NCBI GenBank assembly: GCA_903825565.1
Contig: CAIKBD010000150.1
Coordinates: 1 to 59,311 of the forward strand
Origin: an uncultured Anaerolineales bacterium
GTDB taxonomy: Bacteria > Chloroflexota > Anaerolineae > UBA4142
Direction of reading: 5' to 3'
DNA: 59,311 bases
The position numbers and the translations under genes were made by a program. Below, one piece after another: positions 18,386 to 27,347 of this stretch (the first letter of the stretch is position 1; every line of letters begins with the position of its first letter). The notes under the pieces were generated by a model, which was given only the letters and a program-made list of their open reading frames with translations, made no database searches and had not been told where the DNA came from.

Positions 18386-19180
18386 ATGACGAAACCAACT
18401 TACGATCATTTGACTCGACACCTCGCGCTGGTGCCCGCACACCGCGCTCTGGTGCGCGCGCTCGAAGCGCGTTTGTACGAAGAGGTTACTTTTGTTCGCC
18501 CAATTCTCGACATTGGTTGCGGCGACGGCTATTTTGCGCGCGCGACGTTTACCCCACCTCTGGATGTGGGGATCGATCCCTCGCCGGCGGCGTTGGCGGA
18601 ATGTGCGCGCCTGGGAATTTACGACACGCTGCAACCCGCCAGCGGCGCAGACCTGCCGTTTCCCGATGCCAGTTTTGCAACCGTGGTGAGCAATTGCGTG
18701 CTCGAACACATTCCCGAAATTGATCGCACGCTCGCCGAAATCAGCCGCGTGCTCAAACCGGGCGGGATGTTTGTCGGCACAATGGTCACGGATCAACTGA
18801 CGCCGCTACTCGGCGTCCCGCGTGTGTTACGCGCGCTCGGCTTGCCCCACCTGGGCGACGCGTATGCAACGTGGTTTAATCGCAAAGCCGTTCATCACAA
18901 CCTGCTTTCGATTTCCGAGTGGAGCGAAAAGCTTGCCCGTGCCGGTTTGCACGTGACGCGTGCCACGCCGTACATGGGCGCGCACGCGACGCGCGTATTC
19001 GATTTTCTGCACTATTACGCGCTCCCCTCGTTGCTGATCCACACGCTCTTGCGACGCTGGCTGTTGTGGAACGATCCGCGCAATGTTGCGGGAATCGCAG
19101 CACTCTTGCGTCAGGCGTACAACGAAGGCACACCGCAATCGGGCGCGTGTGTCTTCGTCGTCGCACACAAGCACACTTAG
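18386..19180 (+). CDS. Class I SAM-dependent methyltransferase
   Basis: Motif I ILDIGCGDGYFA, and VVSNCVLEHIPE...LKPGGMF. Its ATG directly follows the rodZ-like stop. Confidence 0.8.
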   Translation: MTKPTYDHLTRHLALVPAHRALVRALEARLYEEVTFVRPILDIGCGDGYFARATFTPPLDVGIDPSPAALAECARLGIYDTLQPASGADLPFPDASFATVVSNCVLEHIPEIDRTLAEISRVLKPGGMFVGTMVTDQLTPLLGVPRVLRALGLPHLGDAYATWFNRKAVHHNLLSISEWSEKLARAGLHVTRATPYMGAHATRVFDFLHYYALPSLLIHTLLRRWLLWNDPRNVAGIAALLRQAYNEGTPQSGACVFVVAHKHT

Positions 19181-19203
19181 GTCAAGCGGCGCAGGGGGCA
19201 AAG

Positions 19204-19836
19204 ATGCGACCCAAATCACGGCGACAAGTCAAGAGCAAACCAAACTGTTGCGACCCAGGACGCTCAATCGCCGTAGCCATCGGCGTCATGTTCTGGCTGG
19301 TGAGTTGTAGCGCCGCCGTGACTGTCCCGCCCGCCACGCCAACGCCTGGGCGCACGACCACAACCACGCCGCCCCCGCCGCCCAGCCCAAGCGCAACGAT
19401 CCTGAATATCCTGCGCCAGCAAGAGTTTACGGTGCGTGCCGATCTGGGTTGGCAAAGCGCAGACATCTTGCTCCTGCCCGGCGATCAGGTGACGCTTCAA
19501 ATCGTGTCCGGGCAATGGACACCGGCGATCAACAAGGCACCTTTTATAGACGGCGCAGGCAAATACGGGGTGATCTGCGCGAACAGCAAGCCAGCCAACC
19601 AATGCGGCGAGCCAATCCCGGATTATCCGACGGGGGCGTTGATCGCGCGGATTGACACAATGTTGATTCGCGTCGGCGCACTCCATACCACCACGGCGGC
19701 GACCAGTAGCCGGTTGCAGTTTCGCATGAACGACGCGGATACCAGTTTGAGCGACAACGCCGGGCAGTTGATCGTGCAAATCACAATTCGGCGCAGTCCA
19801 ATGCCTGCACCCCCAAGCGCGATACCCGCGCGCTAA
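19204..19836 (+). CDS. Lipoprotein with LecA (PA-IL)-like lectin domain
   Basis: Lipobox (FWLVSCS) and a Thr/Pro linker. The domain resembles LecA by eye: PGDQVTLQIVSGQWTP, TGALIARID, LQFRMNDADTSLSDNAGQLIVQI. The ORF-track start at 18919 overlaps the previous gene. Confidence 0.55.
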   Translation: MRPKSRRQVKSKPNCCDPGRSIAVAIGVMFWLVSCSAAVTVPPATPTPGRTTTTTPPPPPSPSATILNILRQQEFTVRADLGWQSADILLLPGDQVTLQIVSGQWTPAINKAPFIDGAGKYGVICANSKPANQCGEPIPDYPTGALIARIDTMLIRVGALHTTTAATSSRLQFRMNDADTSLSDNAGQLIVQITIRRSPMPAPPSAIPAR

Positions 19837-19870
19837 GAGAGTGTTTTATAAATCCGGTCAAAGACTTATT

Positions 19871-19954
19871 GGACGCGGACGAGCGCGGAAAACGCGGATA
19901 AAAACCAAATTCTAAAAATAATTTAATCCGCGTACATCCGTGTTTTCCGCGTCC
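19871..19954. repeat. Palindromic decamer-built element, copy A
   Basis: Left arm GGACGCGGAC GAGCGCGGAA AACGCGGATA. Right arm TAATCCGCGT ACATCCGTGT TTTCCGCGTCC. An AT-rich loop lies between the arms. Confidence 0.7.
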
Positions 19955-20053
19955 AATTACCCGATTGACCCAAAGTGTCGGGTGTCTAGATTTCAAAACA
20001 CTTTCTAAGGCGCGCGGATCGAAAATTTGACTTACCTTGTCAGCGGAGAAATC

Positions 20054-20845
20054 ATGTTGCTTTCCCGGTTGTGCTACTATTTTTCATCCCTGCCCACCCT
20101 GGTCAGCGGTATTCGCAATTGGTCGGCGCTGTGGGCAGTTCTGCGCCGGCAACCGGTCATCGTCACGTTACGCGACGGCGCGCAGTTTCACGTTCGCACC
20201 CTGATGGATGTGTGGGTGTTGAAGGAAGCGATCCTCGACCGGCAGTACGAACGCGCCGGCGTCGCGATCCAAGACGGCTGGACAGTACTCGACATCGGCG
20301 CGGGCATCGGCGATTTTGCGATTGACGTAGCGCGGCGCAACCCGCGCGCAGTCGTCTACGCGTTCGAACCATTTCCCGAATCGTTCGCGCTCTTGGAAAA
20401 AAACATGACGCTCAATCGCGTCGGCAATGTGCGCGCGTTTCCCCGCGCAATCAGCGACGCGGACGGCACACTCGAACTGCAAGTGATCTCCGCCGAAGCC
20501 GTGCAACACACCGTCGTCTCCGCGACCGTGCGCGCGCGCCAAACGCTCCGTGTGCCCAGCCAAACGCTCGCGCACGCGTTCGCCGAGTTGGGCATCGCGC
20601 AGTGCGATTTTCTCAAAATGGATTGTGAGGGCGCAGAGTACGCCATCTTTTTCAACACGCCCCCCGCAACCTTGCGCCAAATCAAACACATTTGTCTGGA
20701 GCATCACGACGGCGTCACGCCGCACTCGCACGCCGACCTCGTCTGCTTTTTCGAGCAACACGGTTTCCGGGTCCAACATATTCCCAGCCCCGCGCATCGC
20801 AACCTGGGATTGCTCTACGCGGCAAACACCACGCCGGGATCGTAA
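20054..20845 (+). CDS. FkbM family methyltransferase
   Basis: VLDIGAGIGDF...AFEP...NVRAFPRAISDADGTLEL...CDFLKMDCEGAEYAIF is typical of FkbM. ATG 20054 is preceded by GGAGA. The ORF track uses a TTG at 20027. Confidence 0.8.
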   Translation: MLLSRLCYYFSSLPTLVSGIRNWSALWAVLRRQPVIVTLRDGAQFHVRTLMDVWVLKEAILDRQYERAGVAIQDGWTVLDIGAGIGDFAIDVARRNPRAVVYAFEPFPESFALLEKNMTLNRVGNVRAFPRAISDADGTLELQVISAEAVQHTVVSATVRARQTLRVPSQTLAHAFAELGIAQCDFLKMDCEGAEYAIFFNTPPATLRQIKHICLEHHDGVTPHSHADLVCFFEQHGFRVQHIPSPAHRNLGLLYAANTTPGS

Positions 20846-20854
20846 GCGCGTTTT

Positions 20855-22855
20855 ATGAACACACCCCCAAAATGGATTCGCCCCGCGCCCCTGGCGCTTG
20901 CCATTGCGCTGGCATTAGGCGCGCAATGGACTATGCTGGAGCAACGGAACGTCGCGCTGTGTCTGGCGCTGTACCTGTGCGCCATCGGCGTCACCGTGCT
21001 GGCAATGCTCAACGGCGACGAGCGCGCGCCCCTGCCGCAACTTGCGCCGCGCGCGACACCGCGCCCGCGAAGAATTTTCCGCGCACTGCTGTTTTGGGCG
21101 AGCATGGTTTGCGCGGTCGGCGCGTTCACGCTCAACGCCGACAGTTCGTTTCGCGTGAGCGGCGGCATCGAGTACCAATTCACCCTGCCGGGCGTAATCG
21201 CTTGGGTCGCCAGCATCGGCTTGTTCTTGTCCGCATTTTGGCAACCCGCGCCAGCCCGCCGCAGTTGGCGCGCCGGCATCACGTTGCGTCCCACCGGCAC
21301 AACCATCGCGTTGCTCGCGATCCTCGCGCTCGGCGCGTTCTTTTATTTTTATCGCCTCGACACCCTGACCGCCGAAATGAACAGCGACCACGCCGAAAAA
21401 CTGCTCGACGTGAACGACATCCTCGAAGGCCACACGCCGGTTTTTTTCAACCGCAACACTGGGCGCGAGCCGTTGCAATTTTACATCACCGCCGCGTTGA
21501 TCAAACTGACCGGCGTGCCGCTCAGTCACCTCGCGCTCAAACTGGGCACGGCATTGCTCGGCTGGCTCACGATTCCCTGGACGTTTCTGCTCGCGCGCGA
21601 AATGTTCGACGACACCGTGGGCTTGCTAGCCGCGTTCTTTGTCGCCACGTTGCGCTGGCCCGTCACGATTGCGCGCATGGGCTTGCGCTATCCGTTCACG
21701 CCGTTTTTCGCCGCCGCATCGTTGTACTATGTGTGGCGCGCGATCAAATATCACCAGCGCAATGATTTTCTACTGGCGGGATTTTGGATCGGGTTCGGTT
21801 TGCTCGGCTACATTCCCTCGCGCAACGTGCCGTTGATCGCGCTGGGCATCTTGGCGCTGTACTGGGTATGCGCTGGCATAGACCGCTGGCGCGACTGGAA
21901 AGCGTTTGCGTTCAACAGCGCGCTCCTGTTCGGGTTGGTCGGCGTGATCTTTATGCCCCTGTTGCGCTTTTCGCTCGATTATCCCGACATGTTTTGGTAC
22001 CGCGCGCTCACCCGCGTTGCCAGCGCGGAAAAATCTATCGAGGGCAACATCGTCTGGGTGTTTGCGCGCAACCTCGTCAACCTTGCCGAGATGTTTCACT
22101 ATCGCGGCGACGAGGTGTGGGTCACGAATGTCAACGGGCAACCCACGCTCGATTTCGTCACCGGCGGTTTGCTTTTGCTGGGCGTTGTGATCGCGATCTA
22201 TCGCGCGGCACGCGCCAATCTAATCGTCAACGGCTTTTTGCTGACGACGTTTGTTGCGCTGTTACTGCCCAGCGCGCTCGCGCTCGCGTTTCCCCGCGAA
22301 AATCCCAGTCTCGTACGAACCGGCGGCGCGATCCCGTTGACCGCTATTCTGATCGCCCTACCGCTGGCATCCTGGGTCAAGTTGTTGCAGGGCGCGCCGC
22401 GCGGCATCGGCGCGCTAAAAGGGATCGCCGTCGGCGCGGTGTTGCTCGCGGCAAGCGCATTGAACTATCAATGGTACTTTGAGCAGTACGCCGAGAACTA
22501 TCGCAACGCCGCGCAAAACTCGACCGAAGCCGGCGCCATCGTGCGCGGGTTTGTCAACAGTGTCGGTGATTTCGAGCACGCGTATTACATCGGCTATCCG
22601 CATTGGATGGACGGGCGCGCGATCGCGATCAACGCCGGCAATCTTTACTGGGATCATTTTACGCTCGACGCGGCGGAATTCATTCGCCCCGAAAATCCGC
22701 AAGCCAACTTGCTCTACCTCGTGCACCGCGACGACGCCGCCAATTTGCAAAAATTGCAAGCGCGTTATCCGACAGGGCAAATGCGGCGCGTGATTTCGCG
22801 AACACCGGGCAAGGATTTCATCGTGTTCTTTGTGCCGGCAAGTCCGGCGCGCTAG
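20855..22855 (+). CDS. GT-C fold glycosyltransferase (family 39 / ArnT-PMT-like), polytopic membrane protein
   Basis: 666 aa with more than 10 hydrophobic helices. The first loop carries an acidic/aromatic motif (FYFYRLDTLTAEMNSDHAEKLLD...EPLQFY). Confidence 0.75.
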   Translation: MNTPPKWIRPAPLALAIALALGAQWTMLEQRNVALCLALYLCAIGVTVLAMLNGDERAPLPQLAPRATPRPRRIFRALLFWASMVCAVGAFTLNADSSFRVSGGIEYQFTLPGVIAWVASIGLFLSAFWQPAPARRSWRAGITLRPTGTTIALLAILALGAFFYFYRLDTLTAEMNSDHAEKLLDVNDILEGHTPVFFNRNTGREPLQFYITAALIKLTGVPLSHLALKLGTALLGWLTIPWTFLLAREMFDDTVGLLAAFFVATLRWPVTIARMGLRYPFTPFFAAASLYYVWRAIKYHQRNDFLLAGFWIGFGLLGYIPSRNVPLIALGILALYWVCAGIDRWRDWKAFAFNSALLFGLVGVIFMPLLRFSLDYPDMFWYRALTRVASAEKSIEGNIVWVFARNLVNLAEMFHYRGDEVWVTNVNGQPTLDFVTGGLLLLGVVIAIYRAARANLIVNGFLLTTFVALLLPSALALAFPRENPSLVRTGGAIPLTAILIALPLASWVKLLQGAPRGIGALKGIAVGAVLLAASALNYQWYFEQYAENYRNAAQNSTEAGAIVRGFVNSVGDFEHAYYIGYPHWMDGRAIAINAGNLYWDHFTLDAAEFIRPENPQANLLYLVHRDDAANLQKLQARYPTGQMRRVISRTPGKDFIVFFVPASPAR

Positions 22856-22866
22856 AAAGATTGTAG

Positions 22867-24201
22867 ATGCGTTATTATTTGCTCACCCTGGGTTGCGCGA
22901 AAAATGTCGCGGACTCGGACGGAATCCGCGCGTTGCTGCGCGAGGCGCAACTCGAAGCAACCGACCAGACCAACGCGGCAGATGTGCTGATCGTCAACAC
23001 CTGTGGCTTTTTGCAAGCGTCGCGGCAAGAGGCGCTCCGCGCATTGCGCGAACTGGCGCACGACAAGCGCGACGACCAACTCTTGATCGCGGCGGGCTGT
23101 TTGATTTCGCGGTACGGACAAACGCTCCAACGCGAAGTGCCGCAGGTGGATGGCGTGGTGGATGCCGGGCATTGGCTCGCGCTCCCGCACTTGATCCACC
23201 AACTCAAAAACAAAAACGAAATTCCGCAAGACTGGCTCACCGACGCGTATGCCGGCTTGCCGCTCGAACAAATCTCCGCGCGCTCGATTGTCGAGCGCCT
23301 GGCGCGCACGCCCCAGGGTGGCAGTGCGTACCTCAAAATCGCCGACGGTTGTGATCGCCCGTGCACGTTTTGCACGATCCCGGCGATCAAGGGCGTGCAT
23401 CGCTCCAAGCCGGCGGACGCCGTGATCGCCGAGGCGCGCGAATTGGTCGCGCGCGGCGTCAAGGAGATCGTGCTCGTCGCGCAAGACACCACCGCGTATG
23501 GCTGGGATTGGGATCAGCGCGACGCGCTCGCGGCGTTGCTCGAACGCTTGGGCGCGGAAGTAGCGGGCTTGTGCTGGGTGCGCCTGATGTACACCTATCC
23601 CAGCCACATCACGCCGCGCTTGATCGAAACGATGGCGCGGTTGCCCCAGGTGTTGCATTACATTGATCTGCCGCTACAACACGCGCACCCCGAAACACTC
23701 AAACGCATGAAACGCCCGAACCCGGTCGTCACGCGCGACATGCTGAACGCGCTCCGCGCCGCGATACCCGACTTGGTGATCCGCACGACGTTCATCGTCG
23801 GCTTTCCCGGCGAAACGGACGACGAGTTCAAGACGCTGTTGCAATTTATGGACACGCAACGCTTTGATCGCGTCGGCGTGTTCGAGTATTCGCGCGAAGA
23901 CGGCACGCCAGCGGCGTTGCTCGAACCGCAGGTGCCGGCGAAAACCAAAACCCAGCGGCGCAACGCGGCGATGAAACTGCAACAGAAAATTTCGTTCGCG
24001 CGCAACCAGCAATTCATCGGGCGCGAACTCGCCGTGTTGATCGAAGGCGTCGGCGACGGCATCAGCATTGCGCGCTCGTACCGCGACGCGCCCGAAGTGG
24101 ACGGCGTCGTGCTCATCCAAAAAGAATTGCCGCCCGGCGAAATCGTGCGCGTCAAAATTTCGCAGGCGATTGAGTATGATCTGATCGGCTCGCCGATCTG
24201 A
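22867..24201 (+). CDS. rimO: Ribosomal protein S12 methylthiotransferase RimO (MTTase family)
   Basis: N-terminal UPF0004 domain (LTLGCAKNVADSD), radical-SAM motif CDRPCTFC and a C-terminal TRAM domain. The ~440-aa length fits RimO better than MiaB. Confidence 0.75.
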   Translation: MRYYLLTLGCAKNVADSDGIRALLREAQLEATDQTNAADVLIVNTCGFLQASRQEALRALRELAHDKRDDQLLIAAGCLISRYGQTLQREVPQVDGVVDAGHWLALPHLIHQLKNKNEIPQDWLTDAYAGLPLEQISARSIVERLARTPQGGSAYLKIADGCDRPCTFCTIPAIKGVHRSKPADAVIAEARELVARGVKEIVLVAQDTTAYGWDWDQRDALAALLERLGAEVAGLCWVRLMYTYPSHITPRLIETMARLPQVLHYIDLPLQHAHPETLKRMKRPNPVVTRDMLNALRAAIPDLVIRTTFIVGFPGETDDEFKTLLQFMDTQRFDRVGVFEYSREDGTPAALLEPQVPAKTKTQRRNAAMKLQQKISFARNQQFIGRELAVLIEGVGDGISIARSYRDAPEVDGVVLIQKELPPGEIVRVKISQAIEYDLIGSPI

Positions 24202-24258
24202 CCAGCCCGCGCCGGTTCTAAACACTGCGCCGGGCAATCTTATCTCTGGAGTGTTCTC

Positions 24259-25056
24259 GTGTCTACGCAACCGCTCACGTTTGATTTCGTTCTGATCCCC
24301 GCAGGGGAATTTCTGATCGGCACTCATTCCGCACGCAACGCCATCGTCGAGCCGGACGAAATGCCGCAACACACGCTCGCGTTGCCGGATTTTTACATCG
24401 CGCGCGCGCCGGTGACGAACGCGCAGTACGACGCGTTCATCGCCGCGACCCAGCATCGCGCGCCCAAGTTTTGGCGCGAGGGCAAACCGCCCGCCGAGCA
24501 AGCGGATCACCCGGTCGTCGGCGTCAACTTTCACGACTGCCTCGCGTTTTGCAGTTGGGCATCTCAAGTATTGAACTTGCCCCTGCGCCTGCCGCTCGAA
24601 CCGGAGTGGGAAAAAGCGGCGCGCGGCACCGATGGGCGCGTGTATCCCTGGGGCAACACCTGGGAAGCGCAACGGTGCAACTCGTTCGAGGCAAAGCTCA
24701 ATCGCACGACGCCGGTCACGCAATTCGCGGCAACCAGCGCGAGTCCGTACGGCGTCGCCGATCTCGTTGGCAACGTCAGCGAGTGGTGCTTTTCCATGTT
24801 CAGCAAATACCCGTACCGCGCGGACGACGGGCGCGAGGCGTTGCAACTCGCGGACGGTCAGCACTTGCCCTGGGTCGAGCGCTGGGGTTTGCAAGTGACC
24901 AACGAACCCTCACGGTTCAAGGGCAACGAGCAACGCGTGTTGCGCGGCGGCTCGTTCCGCGAAAACAAAACGGTTTGCCGTTGCGCGTATCGCAGTTGGG
25001 CGGCGGCGATCCACATGAGCGACGACACGGGCTTTCGCGTGGCGTATCGGCAGTAA
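24259..25056 (+). CDS. Formylglycine-generating-enzyme (SUMF1/FGE) family protein, no signal peptide
   Basis: GTG start. Motifs: FVLIPAGEFLIGT, HPVVGVNFHDCLAFCSWAS, RLPLEPEWEKAARGTDGRVYPWGN, NVSEWC, VLRGGSFR, GFRVA. Confidence 0.85.
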   Translation: MSTQPLTFDFVLIPAGEFLIGTHSARNAIVEPDEMPQHTLALPDFYIARAPVTNAQYDAFIAATQHRAPKFWREGKPPAEQADHPVVGVNFHDCLAFCSWASQVLNLPLRLPLEPEWEKAARGTDGRVYPWGNTWEAQRCNSFEAKLNRTTPVTQFAATSASPYGVADLVGNVSEWCFSMFSKYPYRADDGREALQLADGQHLPWVERWGLQVTNEPSRFKGNEQRVLRGGSFRENKTVCRCAYRSWAAAIHMSDDTGFRVAYRQ

Positions 25057-25061
25057 ACGCG

Positions 25062-25096
25062 ACCGGGCTGGCACCGCGCCAGCCCGGTTTTTTCTT
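25062..25096 (+). terminator. Intrinsic terminator after the FGE gene
   Basis: Stem ACCGGGCTGGC / GCCAGCCCGGT with loop ACCGC, followed by TTTTTTCTT. Confidence 0.75.
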
Positions 25097-25178
25097 CACA
25101 CCCTCCGAACACGCCCTTCATCATTTTTTCACACCCGCCGGGTATGATTGGGGCAAACAAGAAACGGAGGCAATAGAA

Positions 25179-25820
25179 ATGAAACCCGCAGTATTGATCG
25201 GAATCATCGTCGCGCTCAGCATAGTTGCGGCGGTGGCAATTGGCGCGCTCGTCATGGTCGTCTTTGCGCCGCAAGCCAACACATCCTACGCCGGGATGGG
25301 GCGCGGCATGGGGCGCGGCATGATGGACGGTGGACAAAATTATAATTCGACGCAACCGAATTCGGGCACACTGCCTAACAGTGGCGGACGCGGTATGGGG
25401 CGCGGCATGATGGGCGGCGGTGCAACTCAACCGGGCGGGCTTGCGCCGGTGAATCCAACGACGCCGGCTGCACCAGCGAATCCGCCGGCAAGCACAAACA
25501 CGAACGCGGCGACCGCCAAAGCCGGCACTTGGAACGTCGCACTCACGATGACACCGTACCCGCCCGTCTCGTTCCAGACCACGACGTTCAATCTCGCAAT
25601 CACGGACGACAAGGGCGCGGCAATTTCCGACGCCAAGGTGAGTCTCGATTTAACGATGCCCTCGATGTGGATGCCGTCGAACAAACCGGCGGCGCAAGCG
25701 TTGGGCGACGGCAAGTACCAAGCGACCGGCAAATTCACGATGCGCGGCGGCTGGCAGATCGCGGTGATCATTCAACGCGGCAGCGAAACACAAACGGCTT
25801 ATTTCCAACTGGGTTTGTAA
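25179..25820 (+). CDS. Membrane-anchored FixH/YtkA-like domain protein with Met/Gly/Arg-rich repeats
   Basis: ATG 25179 is preceded by GGAGG. It has a TM anchor and a duplicated GRGMGRGMM(D/G)GG motif. The C-terminal beta domain (WNVALTMTPYPP...LTMPSMWMP...GKYQATGKFTMRGGWQIAV) resembles YtkA/FixH. Confidence 0.6.
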   Translation: MKPAVLIGIIVALSIVAAVAIGALVMVVFAPQANTSYAGMGRGMGRGMMDGGQNYNSTQPNSGTLPNSGGRGMGRGMMGGGATQPGGLAPVNPTTPAAPANPPASTNTNAATAKAGTWNVALTMTPYPPVSFQTTTFNLAITDDKGAAISDAKVSLDLTMPSMWMPSNKPAAQALGDGKYQATGKFTMRGGWQIAVIIQRGSETQTAYFQLGL

Positions 25821-25840
25821 TTCCGCCACACTGCACGCCG

Positions 25841-25888
25841 AAAAAAATCGCCCGCGCGGATCAAGCGATCTTGATCCGTGCGGGCGAT
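25841..25888 (-). terminator. Intrinsic terminator for the HAD hydrolase gene
   Basis: 19-bp stem ATCGCCCGCGCGGATCAAG / CTTGATCCGTGCGGGCGAT with one G-T pair. A7 on the plus strand gives U7 after the hairpin on the minus strand. Confidence 0.7.
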
Positions 25889-25910
25889 CAACCGGTTCGC
25901 GCCGGACGAT

Positions 25911-26567
25911 TTAATCCACGTACCGCAGCGCGTCCGCCAAGCATTCGACGCGCGCGTCCGCGTGCGCCAAGTCCTGCGCCGCCGTGTACTGATTCGGCAC
26001 GGCGATCACGCGCATCCCTGCCGCTCTTGCCGCGGTCACGCCGGTTGCGCTGTCTTCCAGCGCGAGGCACTGCGCGGGCGCGACGCCCAACTCCGCCGCC
26101 GCGCGCACGTACACATCCGGCGCGGGCTTGGTGCGCGGCACATCCGAGCCGGCGACGAACGCGCGCAAACGCGGCGCGATCCCCAGCCCGCGCAAAATAA
26201 TTTCGCCCTGCGAGCGCGGCGAGCCGGTGGCGACCGCCAACGGCAACCCGCGCGCTTGCAAGTGATCCATCACCGCAAACACACCCGGCATCGGCACGAG
26301 ATTTGCCGGCTCGGTCAGCAACGCCTCATAGATCGCTTCGCGGTCGCGCAACAATTCCTCCGGCGAAGCCGTCAAGCCGAAACGCGTTTTGAGATAGTCC
26401 ATATTGTCCTTGACCGGAATGCCCACAAAACATTGCCCGTATTCTACCACGTCGAACTCGTACGCGATCCCGTGCCGTTTCAACAAAATGTGAAACGCGC
26501 GCCGATGGACCGGCTCGCTATCCACGATCAATCCGTCCAGATCAAAAATCACCGCTTGCGTTCGCAT
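25911..26567 (-). CDS. HAD-superfamily hydrolase (beta-phosphoglucomutase-like)
   Basis: Motif I VIFDLDGLIVDSE. Also VATGS and later ALEDSATG. Confidence 0.85.
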   Translation of the reverse strand: MRTQAVIFDLDGLIVDSEPVHRRAFHILLKRHGIAYEFDVVEYGQCFVGIPVKDNMDYLKTRFGLTASPEELLRDREAIYEALLTEPANLVPMPGVFAVMDHLQARGLPLAVATGSPRSQGEIILRGLGIAPRLRAFVAGSDVPRTKPAPDVYVRAAAELGVAPAQCLALEDSATGVTAARAAGMRVIAVPNQYTAAQDLAHADARVECLADALRYVD

Positions 26568-27255
26568 CCAAATTCTCCAAAAAATTTTTATCGCGCGCCG
26601 CCCACACGAGTTGCAAAAGATTAACGACGTAATGCGCGACGAACGGCGCGAGCAAGCCCGGGGTCAGCAGGAACAAGCCGGCAAAGACCAAACCCAGCGC
26701 GCCGGCAACCAACACGCCCAGGATGCCCTGCGCCAGATGCAACACGCCGAACAATGCCGACCCAATCACGACAAGCGCCGCCGGCGGCACGAACGCGCCA
26801 AACCCGCCGAGCCATAACGAGCGAAAGAGCAGCTCTTCGAGCAGAACGGCGGGGACGAGCGCAAGCGGCACGAGTACCCACTCGCGTGGCGTGCGCGGCA
26901 ACACCCGTTGCACAACCAGCGGCGAATACACGCGCGCGCCGAAGCGCGCGACGGCAAAACGCGTGAGCGGCGGCAGAGCCAGCGCGAACGCCAACCCTAC
27001 GCCGCCGCCAAGGATCACCTCGCGCACCGGATCGCGCACTTGCCAGCCCAGTTGCGCGGACGACAACTCGCTCGCCTGCGCCAACCCCACACAAATCGCG
27101 ATCAACACCCCGCGAAAAATATTTTCCGCCGGCAACAAGAGCACATTGAGCGTCGCCGGCAAGTCGCGCAAAATTTGCGCCGTGCGATACGTGCTCATCA
27201 CCAAAAACACGAGGAGGAGCAACGTGCCTAAAATGAAAAAGGTCATTTTGTCCAA
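26542..27255 (-). CDS. CPBP family intramembrane glutamic endopeptidase (CAAX protease-like)
   Basis: LLEELLFRSLW and FGVLHL motifs in a multi-TM protein. Confidence 0.8.
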   Translation of the reverse strand: MDKMTFFILGTLLLLVFLVMSTYRTAQILRDLPATLNVLLLPAENIFRGVLIAICVGLAQASELSSAQLGWQVRDPVREVILGGGVGLAFALALPPLTRFAVARFGARVYSPLVVQRVLPRTPREWVLVPLALVPAVLLEELLFRSLWLGGFGAFVPPAALVVIGSALFGVLHLAQGILGVLVAGALGLVFAGLFLLTPGLLAPFVAHYVVNLLQLVWAARDKNFLENLDANASGDF

Positions 27256-27347
27256 TCGTCCGGGAGTTTATTCGTCGCATAGTCGCAACGCAAGCAGTCA
27301 ATCGAGCAACCCACGGGTTGACGCGAACAACCTCCCGGACTATTTGA

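Noticed and set aside
23674-24894. 406-aa antisense ORF opposite rimO and the FGE gene. Similar long shadow ORFs: 36636-38342 (+), 56147-57412 (+), 15852-16898 (+), 44936-45910 (-), 50447-51544 (-), 35524-36483 (+), 20692-21765 (+), 11757-12878 (+), 31330-32469 (+), 54053-55111 (+), 47972-48502 (-).
   Set aside because: These are typical high-GC shadow ORFs. They are Arg/Ala/Gly/His-rich with no motifs, and each lies opposite or out of frame to a gene with clear family signatures.
24471-25820. 449-aa ORF in the supplied track
   Set aside because: The first ~236 codons run through the FGE gene in another frame with Arg/Gly-rich junk composition. Only the part from ATG 25179 (SD GGAGG, TM anchor) looks like a real protein.
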